64,000 nucleotides of DNA from assembly GCA_965285935.1 (NCBI GenBank), contig OZ260663.1, positions 69,192,001 to 69,256,000 of the forward strand, in the 5' to 3' direction. Position 1 is the stretch's first letter; each line of letters opens with the position of its first letter. Both the position numbers and the translations under genes were made by a program. The notes below the pieces were generated by a model. It searched no databases, was not told the DNA's origin, and was given only the letters and a program-made list of their open reading frames with translations. Below are positions 28,501-42,396 of the stretch, piece after piece. This stretch comes from Ophelia neglecta. Lineage: Eukaryota.

Positions 28501-31071
28501 CCAATTGGTTCATATATGATTATAAATTTGATTAAAGACTATACTTCAAAAATAGTATTAAGCCTAAAAAGTATTTAGGAATGTGCAGTGTTAATAATAT
28601 ATTAATAAATCTAATTGAATGTAAGATCAGCAAAATTGCTTATATCAAGTTAAAAATCATAATAGGAGCAATAAAGCTGGTGAAGATATAATCTAGAGAC
28701 CTGAAATTTACACACAAAATTTTGTTTACACACAGTATAGAAAATATTTAGCTGTCTTAGTTTAATCACTCACCATTTGGGGCCTCTAAGGCTGTGTCTT
28801 GAGATTGGTCTGGAGGTGTGGGTTCTGAGGAGTCATCGTCCTTTTTGCGTCTGCCACGCTGTTGCCGGTTTGCAGCCAAAACCTCCATCTTGGCTTGGTG
28901 AGCTTCTTCATCTCGTACCTTCTCTTCTAACATTCCCTTAAGTAATAGCCAAATAAACTAATAAGGGAAGGGTGTAAATTTAATTCAATTTTTGTTCATA
29001 TATTCCTGACAATGCACCATAACAAGTTGATAGGGACATTTATTTAAATGAATCATCTTTCACAAATCTTCAATTATGTGCAATTATCTTAAAACTCCAG
29101 AAATGTAAATACTCTAAAAATAAATGATGTATGGGTGGCTGGTGAAGCCTCTAAGATACTAGTAGTATACATGGTGGGTTGAATCACTATGATGATCATT
29201 AGTCTCTTGCCTGATGATTGTGTTAAACATAATGTTATTTCTGCAATCTAATCACATAGGTCTTACTTACCTTGGCATTTTCAATGGCTTCGGGGGTGCC
29301 TCTCAGGACAATTTCTTTAGTGTCATTAGGACCTGTGTCCTCGGAGCGATCAATCATGATTCTGCATTTCGAAGCCCTCTGCAGATGTCGAATGGTTTCA
29401 CCTGCTCGACCTAAAAATTAACATCATTGCAATTATCAGGCTTACCCCGGGGGACCACTTCATTTTGGTAAGGTGCTCCCAAAGCAAATCTTTCATTTTG
29501 ACCATCTGAGACCTATCTCAATGCCAAAAATACCCTGAGATGCCACTTCCATAACTTGGAACACTGAATTGTTCATTATATGAAATTAAGTTAAAAACAA
29601 AGTTCTTAATGCCTCTGCTTTCGTTGAAGCGAGCTATCCGACCATTTGACCCAGCAGGAGAAGACAGCAAAATGGTAGTAACCCATGGAAAAGCCTAGTT
29701 GCTGCTTTTTACTGATACAGATGTGGAGCAGTGACTTTCATGATGCTAAAGTATTAGGGAGGGGAAAAGATTTATAACAATAATAATCAATTACTTTTTT
29801 AATTTTTTCCCCTTAATTATGTTTTTTTTAACATGTGCATTTTAGGTTCATTCTTTGGCACAGTTAAGACAAATTTCCACATACCAATAATTCTGCCAAG
29901 GGCTTTCTGCGGTACGAGAACTGTCTCTGAGACAAGGGGAGGTTGGTCTGCAATCACTTTACGCACCATCATCTCTGCCTGCTGGGCTCCCTGCTGGGAG
30001 CCTCTGATGACTAGAACGCGGTGTCCTTCTTTGCCTCCTTCATCTTTGAAATCAAGTCTAGCACCAGTTGTTTCTCTGATCTAAAATGTTAATAATAAGC
30101 TTAAAAACTTAATAATCAGGCCCTAATGCTTCCATAACTTAACGCTGTCTTACTTTGCATACAACATGCAAGGGCTTTTCCAAGTAAAAACATAAGGGGG
30201 GAGGGAGGAGAAAATACCTTTTTTTACCACCTCAACAAATTCATTTTTTATTTGTACCCTTTAATAAAGTGCTTCTGAAGCAACGACACCCCCCCCCCCC
30301 CCTCCTTCAGTAATCCCAGCTTAAATATCTTTTTAATAAAAGTCCCACCCTCATTACTGTTATTTAAATAAGTGCATGAGAATTACCTGTTTTTGAATGC
30401 AAGAAAAAAATCACCCACATCATTTTCTTGAAAATAAAATTGCCTGTGGATTTCTTCATTAACTTACGGCCTTCACCCAATTATACCAACTTAGAATCAG
30501 GCATGAAACTACAGAAGAAAATAAGTGTTCCACCCCACCATTACCATATAATATAGAATAGCCCCAATGTAATTTTATTAAGTGCCTTCCTACCTCTTTG
30601 ATCATAGCACCTTGATGACCGATGACAGCCCCAACGGCATCTCTAGGCACTCGAACATCGATCACAGTCTGTCGCGAGGTGACCACCCGGCGATGACCAC
30701 TCTCTTCCTCTTCCTCATCTGAAAATAAATTAGAAATAAACATATTTGCCTGAATATTCAGATCTTCTGCGTTGCATAGATTCTCCATCTAAAAAGTCAA
30801 ATTTGTTATACATTTCATAGGACATAATTAAATGTCGGATCTAAAGCAATGATAATAGTGTATGTATGTTAACAATTTCTCAGAAGTAATAATAACAGAA
30901 CATAGTTTTCAATTCACCATCCTTTTACTGTTTACAGAATGTGCAGTGGCAAGGTCAATAAGATGGTATCAACTTACCTTCACTTTTCTTTAGCAAGAAA
31001 TACAAAAGCAGGGCAGTGACGGGCATAGACACTGCCAGCGCTACTTTTTGGGCGGTTGTCAACTGACGCAT
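25533..31071 (-). CDS. TDRKH: Tudor and KH domain-containing protein (TDRKH/Papi orthologue), short ~489-aa isoform
   Basis: Hand-spliced GT-AG exons with consistent phases: 30978-31071 (MRQLTTAQKVALAVSMPVTALLLYFLLKK, TM anchor), 30594-30718 (KH1 VPRDAVGAVIGHQGAMIKE), 29885-30080, 29271-29410 (KH2 GRAGETIR), 28774-28936, 28225-28460 (VWVSAVEHPGHFWVQ), 27818-27990 (Tudor WYRARV...YYVDYGD), 27092-27156 (SDFFSLPFQALRCSLA), 26826-26977, 26120-26228 and a putative last exon 25533-25549 (..PATCK*). TM-KH-KH-eTudor order is diagnostic of TDRKH. The last exon is less certain than the rest. Confidence 0.93.
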
Positions 31072-34000
31072 TTTGAGATCTGTTAAGACTTCCCTTATAA
31101 AACACTCTATCAGCTCCAAAAAGCAAGAGATTGGTATAGCACCAAAGAAAGTTGAATCACAGTCTCTTTATCTATCACAGGGAAACATGTGATTTCTCAA
31201 TCTGAAAAGAATTAAAAAAAATAGGATGATTATGATTAAAATTAGCCTAAGAGTACCTGGTACTTGCACATTTAGTGAATTCATAATCTCTTCAACAATA
31301 CTAGCCATTTTATGTACAGAGAGGTGATACTGATACACTTGATATATAACTGACATGCATTAAGTTACTTGACAATGTACTAAAAGGCATTTTCATATTT
31401 AATATATCTCCTTAATGCTAAAAGAGTCTAGGTGAATGTGCACGATTACATGTTTATTGGATGAAAAGCTGCCAAATATTTGAAAATGGAATAAAACTAC
31501 ATTCAAGTCCATAGATTTAGTTACAATAACATCCATGGAAAGTCTAAACAAACAGTGCTCGACACAGTAAAAAATATAAGTTATTTAACCGCCTTCACTG
31601 GCCAACAACATATTAAATTTTAATACGAGCTTCTTCTGAACACAACACCTTTCTATTAAATGTCAGCTGCACAACACGGTGGCAGTTTTTCCATCCTTGG
31701 CTAATTTCCAACTCTTTGAGATTGTGATGTGTTACTGCCAATCTCTACCGAGCCCAGGTATACCAGTAGATCATGGAAATAACACACCTACATGTTACTC
31801 TGAACAACAGGAATTTAAACAAGGTGCAGCCATTCTGTAGTCCTCTCACAGCGGCTCTAATAAAAACCAACTGAATTCCACTCAGGAGTTGTCGAAAAAG
31901 ACATTTATTTATCATAGCTCTGTAGCAATGATCTCTCAAAGGATTCTGCCAAACTATTAGAATAAGTTGAGTAGCTCTTGATAAGTAAATGATGGACATG
32001 AAATGATTTTCAAGTAGCAGGCAATAATCAAAGAAAGTATTCTTACAAGGTGAGCATTTCAGTAATGGCAAGTACTCTGATCTATTAGATCTGTGTCTAG
32101 AATCAGAACTGCGGTTATCACATCAATCACAGTGAATTTTGTTCAGAATGAGAAGAAAAGAATCTGTTGTTATCTACAAAAACTAACCATTACCATTATT
32201 ACTGAGTGAATTCTTCTCAGAGCTGCTCGGTTTTCCCAGTATTACTATGATTGAGTGTGAACAGCATTGCCACCCGTACAGATTTGACATTACACTGAGG
32301 TGTGTCTAAGTCAGGAGGTGGAAAGTGCAACAGGGCAAACCCTGCAGCTTTATGTTCCCAAGTTAGAACCGTGCAGTCCTAAACTACTAACTTTGCTAAC
32401 CAAACAGCCATTTCATATACAAATGCCGTCATCTGGGGAGCAGTTGTTGATCTGCACCAACGCATAGGCTTCTGACCAAAATAACAAAATGTCAAATACA
32501 CAAGAGTTCAAATTCCTCTTTTTACATACAGCCTGGGATTCCATGAAGGAAGTCTGCTGGCTTGCCTACATGTATATAGGCACATACATGTTCTGACTGA
32601 CGTATAGCATTTGGTTAGAAAGCATGTTTGTCTTAATCAATATATTTTATTGTATTATATCAAAGTCAGTCTACTTGACTTAAGTCATTAATTGAATAAT
32701 GTGATCAAGTCTTACAAAATTTTGCAAAAAACCTGTCTGATTCAATGTCTGTTCCTTGGTTGGCTAGCTGTTTTGGTAGAGATGAAATCCATCCTTGTGT
32801 TTAAAAACTGTCAATCCTGTGACTCATCCACACAGAGGATGTCTGGGTTTTGTTGCTCTACACACCCAAAGCTAGCCACGTGATATCTTACACTATTCCA
32901 TATGGTCAATATTCCAGATAGCCTAAATCTTGGTTAAATATTTAGCTGCAAACCATTTAAAAATATCAATATGCTAAATATTTAGAAAGGCTGCTCAAAA
33001 TATGATTTAGCCCTATGCACATTACATAACAAACATGTGAACACCTACTCCGGCTGAAGAACTGACTTTCATGACTAAGGATTCCTAGTCAGGTTTCTCT
33101 TACTTGCACATCAATAAGCTTTTTTTCCTCAACAGTCTACATTTCACAAGATAAAGACTGGCTTAAAGGTTTGCATACACAATTCAATGATGTTTTGGTA
33201 CACTGCTTTGCACCTGTACACTTAACGGAAATCTGTCACATAAAGAATCGTATTATGAAGAAAAAATCTTTGCTAGCAGAAATCAGTAATCAATTTGCAG
33301 GTGATTTATCATATCAAGACCAGTATTAACTGCAGCCTAGTACAGTGTCTCAGCAGCTCCGTTGGGTAGGTGGCCGGCTTTCTGCTAAGCCTTTTGATTA
33401 ACAGGAGGCACAGTTTTACAATATATCATTTTTATGTGTTTTTGTAAAAAACAACTATTATTTCCTATGAAATCCCAGCGGAGATGTCACATGCATGGTA
33501 GACCTAGCTGGTGTATGACTTGCAGTTTGCATGGACTAACAATTAGGCTTATTGCAGTACGATCTATCATTGATACCCAACAAATATATCCCTGATATTC
33601 CAATATACTCCCAATAATCATTGAGACCAATTTCCAGGAAAATAAGAGACGGATTGGTGTGAACGCTAAATAAACTGTCCGCGAACCACATAAACCACAT
33701 GAAGCTACATGCATATAAATTTCGACATGTGACAGGATGCGTGACCTCAGGATATGTCCCACATGATATGCAAATTGATTTATGATTTCTGCTTCCAATT
33801 TTTTTTTCTAGTTAAACTTTTGTTGTTTACGTGACATATTTCTGATGTAATAAATAAAACAGCACAGTATTATGTAAACTATTATGTAAACTAGAAAACT
33901 GATAAGGGGGATTATATCCAAAGGGTAGCAGAAATGAGAGATAGGGTACCTCCTGATATGTCTCCTGGAAGTGGCAAAAGGTGAGCCAATTTAGCTGGTA

Positions 34001-34509
34001 CGAATGAGGGGGAGGCATATCCACATAACTGATATCATTTCACAACATACATGCAATCAAATTACCGGAAACATTACAAAGAGGAACATTAAACTCAAGC
34101 TAGCTTTACCTTGGATACAGTTAATAAAGTTGCACATATGCAAGCAGATGGCTAGTCAGACAAGTGCAAGTTGCTTATTTAAATCCCATAATGTAAATAG
34201 TGACCAAATTAGGACTAAGACTGTGCAAAACAGCCCATATTGCAAGTAAAGGACCAGTCATACCATTTATTCTTGATTTTAGTATAATCAAACAAAGTGT
34301 TTATCACCATAAAGGGAGGGTTGTGGCCGAACTTGAAATAGAAAACTTCAGCTATACAAAGATGACCTGTCCCATATAATATATACCTATGGAAAAGAAT
34401 AGACATAGACATAGGAAACAGTAGTTGCCCTTGGAAAATACCTAGCAGGTTTTGTCGGCTCAATGCCAGTATCTATCTTGTGGGAGGAATTATCGAAGAT
34501 TGTCCCAAA

Positions 34510-35205
34510 TGAGCATCATCACCCAACAACTAGCTGATTCACTGGACTAAAGACAGCATGTGGATGTGGTACTACTAGACTATGTTAAGGTGACTGGGTT
34601 CTACACTAGCATCTCCTGCTCAAACTGCGGTGGGACAATACGCTCTAGTGGAACCGATCATTCATGGACTCCAGGATCTTCCAACCAAGAACCTTGCCCA
34701 GAGCCTGGAAATGTCCAATACATGTGGAGCTGCCGCATACATCTACAATGACTACTCAAGAGAAAGTAGTGTCACAGCAATGCTGTTTAAACTACAGTGG
34801 TCCCCTATCCAGCTCCGCAGACAGCATGCCTGCCTAATCATGCTATACAAGATCATCCATAATCTCATCAACATCCCCGGACAGCAGTATCTCATATCAG
34901 CTCTCAGCTGGACCAGGGGCCACCCGTAAAAACTGAGGATACCAGCAAGCAGGCTGTTCCTCCACCAGAGCTCCTTCTTTCCTGCAGCCATTCATCATCG
35001 GAATGCAATGCCCCATTCACTAATTTCACTGGCTGCCTGTAGCACACTGGAGGCCTTCAGCAGCCAACTTACCACTGGCGTAGAGTAGGGCTCAGTACAG
35101 CCTTTTAAAACTTGCACTAAGCATTTATTTTACTCGTTTTTAAAACCACCCCACCAACATGCACCTTAAGGAGGGATGGGCTCACTAAAAGAAGGAGAAG
35201 AACTC
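34510..35205 (+). mobile_element. Degenerate, internally deleted CR1/L2-type LINE ORF2 fragment, antisense within the putative TDRKH intron 1
   Basis: RT-like VDVVLLD, then AAAYIYNDYSRESSVTAMLFKLQWSPIQLRRQHACLIMLYKIIHNL (typical ORF2 C-terminal region), and a GAAGAA-like tail. Frameshifted. Confidence 0.8.
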
Positions 35206-38200
35206 CCCATTTAAAATCAGCTCTTTCTCCATTTGATATCTATAAAAGTGCAAAATAAGTATTCTGTACAATAAAGTCATTAGATTCCTTGCAGTGAGTT
35301 TCAATAAATGTTGAGTACATTCAACATGCCTGCCTATTGATCTAGCAATCTTAAGCACATAAGCAACGGTGGAAAATCTGTTTTCTTAATTTGACCTTGA
35401 AAAGTAGGCCAATGTTAATTTCAAAATCAGCATGAGATTCCTGTCTCTGTCTCTACATACTACTGTCCCCTATGCAGGGTTTATGAATTGCCATGCATCA
35501 GTGCTGGAAGGTGCAGAGAATATATCAAAGGATCAAACGCATTTTAATTTTGATGGTGGGAGATGTGCTGAGGAGTAAAATACTAGTATGAGGGAGTTTG
35601 AAAAAAAAGAGCAGAGAGTTTTAAAACAGGAGTGGGGCATTAACTGTGGTAAAGTGGGCACACTGCCCCCTTGTACAATTCAAGAGTTGGAGCTTGACAA
35701 CTTCTTTGGGGAGGTTATTCATTGAAGGATGAGAGTTTATGGGTAGGAGGAGAATGTGTAATAATTTGCCACAATGTGAATCTGTCTTAGGGAGAGAGGA
35801 TGCAAATGCCTTGTTAGTCTCATAGGTTTCCAGGAATGTTGGGATTGGGACAGCTAGTAGGTTGTTTTCTATTTAAAGAAAATTAATAGTAGTTGTTTGT
35901 TGTTCACCTCACCCCCTGTCTTATACACATATTTTAGTGACCAGTGCATTTGATGTGCCACTTTGCACTGATAAGTCACATTCCTTGGAATATTAACAAG
36001 TCTCAGTCAAACCTTACACTTTACCAGAATGTCTACATACACAAGCCTGTAAATGGATTTTCTGTACTCTATATGCCCATGGCATTCAGGGCCTTTAGCC
36101 GAGCCATTCAGAAGGTATGAGGAGTTTTAAGACAAGCTAGGCCTATAGTGATCTCTTTATTTTTATATCAAGGTCTTAAACTATCCAAATCAGCATCTCA
36201 CCATGAACTGATAAATTTATATGAATTTTTGTAAAGGGGATTAGCTATTACAGATGCCATTGCTACCAGATACAAAGTAAGAAAAAAACTTTATTGAAAT
36301 TTGATGTTTATCATGAATTCTGATTTCCCCAAAATAACCTGTTAGTGAAAAGATATGTGTAAATACTGACATTTTGAGTTTCTATTTTACCCCTAAATAT
36401 GTAAGAATTATATCAATGTAGTATCTTGTTATTTACACAACCTATATGTACATAGTCTATAACATGTAACTAACACACAAACAATACATGAAACACCCCT
36501 TTTGCTGCTTTCTTATCTTGTCCAGAGAATTGGGATGTCTTTTCAATTATGGGACTTCTCAATTGGATTTTTGTTGGCAATTTAAAGTACTCATATAGGT
36601 ACATATCCTATCAATTGAGTGCCAGAGAAAGTTAGGCCTGCCAACAGGAGTTTTTTACCCTTAAGTAAGGCATTTTATACATATTCTTTCAAGCCAGGAC
36701 TAATTGGGTCTTGATATCAAAATGATTTGCTTTTTACAATTAAAAAATCTGTCTTATTGCCAAGGTCGGTTGAAATGAGAGAAAAGAGTCAAGAGTCTGG
36801 GCAATATAAAAATAATATCTATCTGGTAATCAGTTCCTTTTCACATCGGGCGTGTTGCCAGACAGGCCTGAGACAGCAGAGGGGACTGGGGGTCGGTGTG
36901 TTCATATTTTAAGCCATCATGTCTATATGGGAGGATGTGCCATACTGGCCATCCCCCTCCTCCCCCCCCCCCCATCTCTTCCAATACTAGTGTTTATAGA
37001 AGAGTCAAATTAGCCACTGGGTGAAATTTTGCACAGGACTTTATCTCCCCCCCCCCCCCCCCCCCCCCGATTACTCCCTTCTGGCTGATGACTTACAACC
37101 CTAGGGCTCCACCCTTAATCTAATCAATAAAACAAACATTTAATATACATAATACTGCTAAGCCTGAAGATTATTGGCAAGTAGACAGTGCAGTGAAAAC
37201 GATAATATCCATAACCCCTAGGGTGAAAATTCCCTGGCAAAACATATTGGATATCATGTTAAATATGTGCAGTTTTGTGCTTTCATGTTTTAAAGATAAA
37301 GAACCTTCTGGAAAAGTGGTCAGCTGCACTTAAATCACTGAATTAGTTTTATTATAATTAGAGATGCTAATCTGCTCCATTTTATAGTTTAAACCAATTA
37401 AATGATAGCTACACTGTCCCAAGATTTTCTTGACTATGGTGATATTTCTGACATAACATTTTTTTCTTCTTGTCCGGAAACCTAACCAGTTGATAAAATT
37501 GTCCCTGCTTAGTCAATTTTTATTGCATATTCACCTTATGAATGGAATGCTAAAATGCCCAATCTTAGCAGACACCACTAGCTTTTCATGGGTACCCTGC
37601 GGTTTTGTGTGATATCAGGTTTAAAAAAACCTTAAAGCTTCAGAGTCGTATGCATCCATTTTAATGTGTGTCAGCTGTTTATTTAAAACAGGAAAGTGTG
37701 GCCTGCAGAGAAAAGAACATGATACGAGGATCAAACTTTATATGAAATCTCCTTTTTTTCTCATTACTCTGCTATTAAACTGATTTTGATATCACTGTAA
37801 ATCATTAATATTTATACTAACTAAAGGATGAACACGATGTTATCTTGGAAGATGGTGTCAAAACATAGAACCTAATAACTGATAAGCTATTAATATCTCA
37901 TTCATACATGTATATAAACTAGTAGATGAAAATATCTGTGGCAAAATTTTCACAATATAAACGCACATAAATCCCAAGGAGGATGTATTTCAACAAGTAT
38001 TTGCCCTAGCTGTCAGAACCTTCAGGTAGACTCTAGGATACTGATATGTGTGTACATGGATATACATTTAATACATCCAGTACTTTTTCATACATGTACC
38101 ATAACACTCCCATGACTCAGTGCTGCCTAGAATATTATTAGCCAATGAATGTGCATGACAGCATAATGTGCCAACTGGATAGTACAGGACATCCTAGATA

Positions 38201-39204
38201 TATTAAAAACAGACAATCCTGCATTAAAGGGACCTTATCAGGACAGCCAAACACTAGTTTAAAGTAAGGGTGAATATACCTGATAACAATGTTATTTAAC
38301 TATACTCCTTGAAACTGGTCACCAGTGTTTAATGGGGCAATATTGTATTTATAGCTGTTAATTGATTAGGCCTGATACACTCAGTCTTCTAGTCATCAGA
38401 GTCATCACTCTGGTTTTACATCAAATCCACCTATAAATCTAGTCATCAGAGTCTGACATGGATTCTGTGCCCTATCAGCAGTATTTCTATAAACAGTATC
38501 TTATGACCTCATGTTGCATCATATGTGTTTTTTTTACTAAGGGAAATAATCTTTCAAAATGACCACTATGCATGCATAAACACCCACAAAATCAATACCA
38601 TACAAAAAGTACATCACATACTGAACACTTGGTATGCATTTTTAAGACACGGAGATGGCTACATGCCTGACAAGGCATGTGGATACCCAGCAATGATGTA
38701 ATCAGAAAATGACTCCAAGGATGGTGCTCTGCTGCAGTGCTGCTTTAAGGTATGCATGTGCAATGATGCAACACAAATATATATGCAGAGTGTTGAATTA
38801 TTCAAGGAAATATGGTGAAAAGTAAGGGATAGCAAAATCTGCAGTTTAGGTTGAAGGTACTATTATAGGAGAAATGACTACAGCTCTTATGCAGGCAATT
38901 GCCGGAAGCATTGCACAATTGTGTGCAGCTGCCTGTCCCAGACAGTCTAGCAGTTGGTACTTACATAGATAGATAGGAGCCGACTCTTGGGGAAGGCAGG
39001 CCAGCCAGAGCAGGAAAATCACCAACCACACACACGCACGTACAGGCACAAATAAAATAGACTCGTGGCCTCTCTGGCAAAAAGACAAGATTTCACCACC
39101 CTACTGGCTGCTGCATGTAAAATCATCACACAGTTCAGGTACGACCAAAAATAGCTTCCAGGAAGGCCAGAAATCAGCAGTGTACAGTTATCTCTTCTGT
39201 GGGC

Positions 39205-39218
39205 CTGCCCCCTGGTGG
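39205..39218 (-). promoter_or_regulatory. CTCF consensus-like site CCACCAGGGGGCAG
   Basis: Matches the CTCF core consensus, within an intron. Motif match only. Confidence 0.4.
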
Positions 39219-41607
39219 GTCCAAAGAACTGGACAACTACTGAGGACGTTGGAAGAACTCCAAATCACTGTCTACTCTAGACATCCTTCAATGAAATTGA
39301 TCAAGCATACCACACTGCCTATATACAATATACCAGTATACAACATGTTCTTTGGTGGAAACTATCAGCTATTGACTCTCAGTTGGCAGCAAGAATTTAT
39401 AAGTAGAATTGAAAACTAACTTAAAGTCTGGCTGTGGTAAATACCTTTATAGCATCATTTAGAGTAATCAAATGCCTGTCATATTTTCAGCCTGCCTGTC
39501 GATCATGACTTCTTCTAGAGAGAGTGGCCATGAAAATCAGTTCCATCTGCAGATAGAATATGACGAAGCAGTTTGTTCAAGCTGACGGGAGTAGGGCACT
39601 GACCTCAAAGTTTAGGCACAGAAACTGGCAACAATACTCAGTGATATACTGGGAAAATCCTGATATTTTCAAATAGCTGCAAAGAAAGCCAACTCTGCTG
39701 AAATCATTATTACCACAAGTGTGGAATGATCCAGATTTTACAATGTAGCTACAATCCGCATTTGCCAACCTGACTGTGTATATTACTGAAATGGCAAATG
39801 TACTGTAGGCCTACTGTAGCCTAAGAGATTACTACTTAGACATCTGTCAATACATCTTCCTTCCTAGTTTTAGGTAAACAATGTTACACTATATTGGGTG
39901 GAACACAAAAAACAATCCCACATTTTCTTTGAGATATAACCGAGTTAGATAAATATACAGTGACTACGCAGTCAAGAGTGTAAGAATAAAAAAATCAGGT
40001 TGATACACTTGTTTGGTAAATACAAAGCAAGTTATGGTGTTTTAGCCCATTTGGTTCTCAAATGATAGCAATTCAGGCAATTATGGAGTGTATTTGTTTA
40101 TTTTTGGCATGGTACTTGAAGAGCCTCCATTAATACTGTTTATATATTATCATATTGAGAAGGTTTTATTTCAAAATATAAATCATAGCAATAGCCAAAA
40201 TGCCTTCAGTAATATATATACATATACACATAATTACATATACAGTATATGAATATTAATACTAAGTGTTGTAAGAACATAGTTATTCCAAGTCCATTAG
40301 TTTTTAAGTAGAATAACAAATCATATATCAGAAGATTTGAACTCAAATGAAACTGACATGCAAACAAACCAATGTGTGATAAATTGGAATCCAGCCTGTA
40401 TGTGTAGACCGTTCTAAAATCAGCAAAGATATCTCCATGAGATATTAATAGAAATGGGCTCAAAAAGTACTGCGTAATTTATTTGGGGCTCACCACCTAT
40501 AAGTAAACTCTGATACATCACAAGGAGCACTGAAGACAGGCACTAATACACAGAAATACACCTATAGTACACGATCTCCCACTGACCTGTGCAGATGACA
40601 GGATGAGTGTTCAGATCATAAATCAGGGCCACATACCTCTTGTCACTTCCTTCATAGCTTCCATCCACAGTCCAAACAATATACCTGGTCAGTATCAGGA
40701 AAGTCATATGTTTGACTCAAGGAGAGTGGCTTGTCCTAGCTACAATGGCAACAGGGGTGATTTTCCAGCATATATCTTGGCAAGAGTCTAAGGTGCCCAA
40801 CGCCAACGCATCAATGGCAATTGTATCTTAAAAGTAGTACAATTAAGACACCCATGGCCTGCCAAGTGAGAGCTCAGCAATAGATAACAGTTTACAAGTT
40901 ACAAACCATGCTAAACTTGGCCTTCCAGACACCAACTTGTTGTCAGAACCTACATGATCACTAGTAGAAAATCACTAGTATATACTGTATATAGAAATAA
41001 TATTAGTACTTCAACATAGTGGAGTAAGTCTTAAATATACATGTTGCTATGAAAGATGCAAAGAGGGTGCAAGACAACCATAATCCTTAAGTACGTATTT
41101 AAGGCCCTGGCTGTTGCATACAGAAAAATTACTCAGATTTTAAATTAAAAATGATGTTCTTGTTTTACAGGCAAAGTAGAAGTGAATGTGTTTGGTGGAT
41201 GGAGGGCAACTTTAGACATTTCAACAGTCGGGCTTGTCTAGAGCATTGTAATATAAAACACATCCAAATGCAATCAAATATAGCATTTTACTAGGTTTAG
41301 GATTTGTTTCTTGCCCAGACAATATGTTCCATATCAGGAGGTCTCAAAAACTGGGCATAGATTGATTTGTCAGATAAAAGAATCACAGTCAACCTACAAT
41401 TCAAAACACAGTACTCAAAAAAACCACTGATGGGCAATACTTTTATGGGAGATAATACATAATGGAATACACAGTGAAACCTGCCTTACATTAACCATAT
41501 TTACATGTACATTACACCACAACATCATTTGTGCACCTTCAAACATGTTTTGTCCAGGCATAAAGAAAAATATCTGGGTACATTCATGTAGGCCAAATCC
41601 TTGAGCT

Positions 41608-42203
41608 GAAGAAGAACCACTCTCCACAGCAGAGGTGTCGCCACATGTCGTTGCAGGCTATGCCATAACGACAATGGTGGCCTTATGCTGTGCAGTGGGT
41701 GCAGTGGTAGCCGTGAGCGTGTGACAGGTAATGTCGACAAAATAGTCGCGCTGCTGTAGAAATTGGAGAACAGCATGCAAAAATGGCAGCAAACATGATG
41801 TCAGTGATATAGCGCTGAATTTTATCAACTGCGCTTACATGAGATTTTTGGAATGTTGCAAAACTGATTTCTTGTCTTGACAGCAAGCAACACTTCAATG
41901 AGGTGTTTGATAAAGCACAAAAATAATAACGGTGTATTTGACCAACCAACCTTGACTGAAAAAAGCCAGCCCAAAGTTTAAATAGGATTTGCAATGAGAA
42001 GCCACCCTTTGACATGGTCAAACTCAAAATGGATATGTTTGGGGCTTGGGACTAGCTCCATCTCTGTTTGATGTTCTTGCTCACTCTTCACAATCCACAG
42101 CAGAGGTGTCGCCACCTGCATGCTATACCATAACGAGTGCACAATGACTGGTTACTTTGACGTAATAGTCATGCAGCTGTGGAGAGTGGTTCTTGTTTCT
42201 TCA
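41608..42203. repeat. Possible ~600-bp MITE remnant
   Basis: Inverted repeat aagaaccactctccacagc (about 41612-41630) / gctgtggagagtggttctt (about 42177-42195). Internal direct repeat cacagcagaggtgtcgccac at about 41625 and 42096. No clear TSD. Confidence 0.45.
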
Positions 42204-42396
42204 TAGGCATGTGCCTTCCTCCAGCAAAGAAGCAGCATAGCAGAATGACATTCACTAATGGCAATGATTTCATGTGCATTTTAAGAACAAATAAGGCAGG
42301 TCAATAGCATACACAAGGTGATTTTGAGACAAAAACTCAACAACCTGAAGAATAAAGAAGCATTTGAAGGCATAAAAGAAATGCCTATGCTCAATA

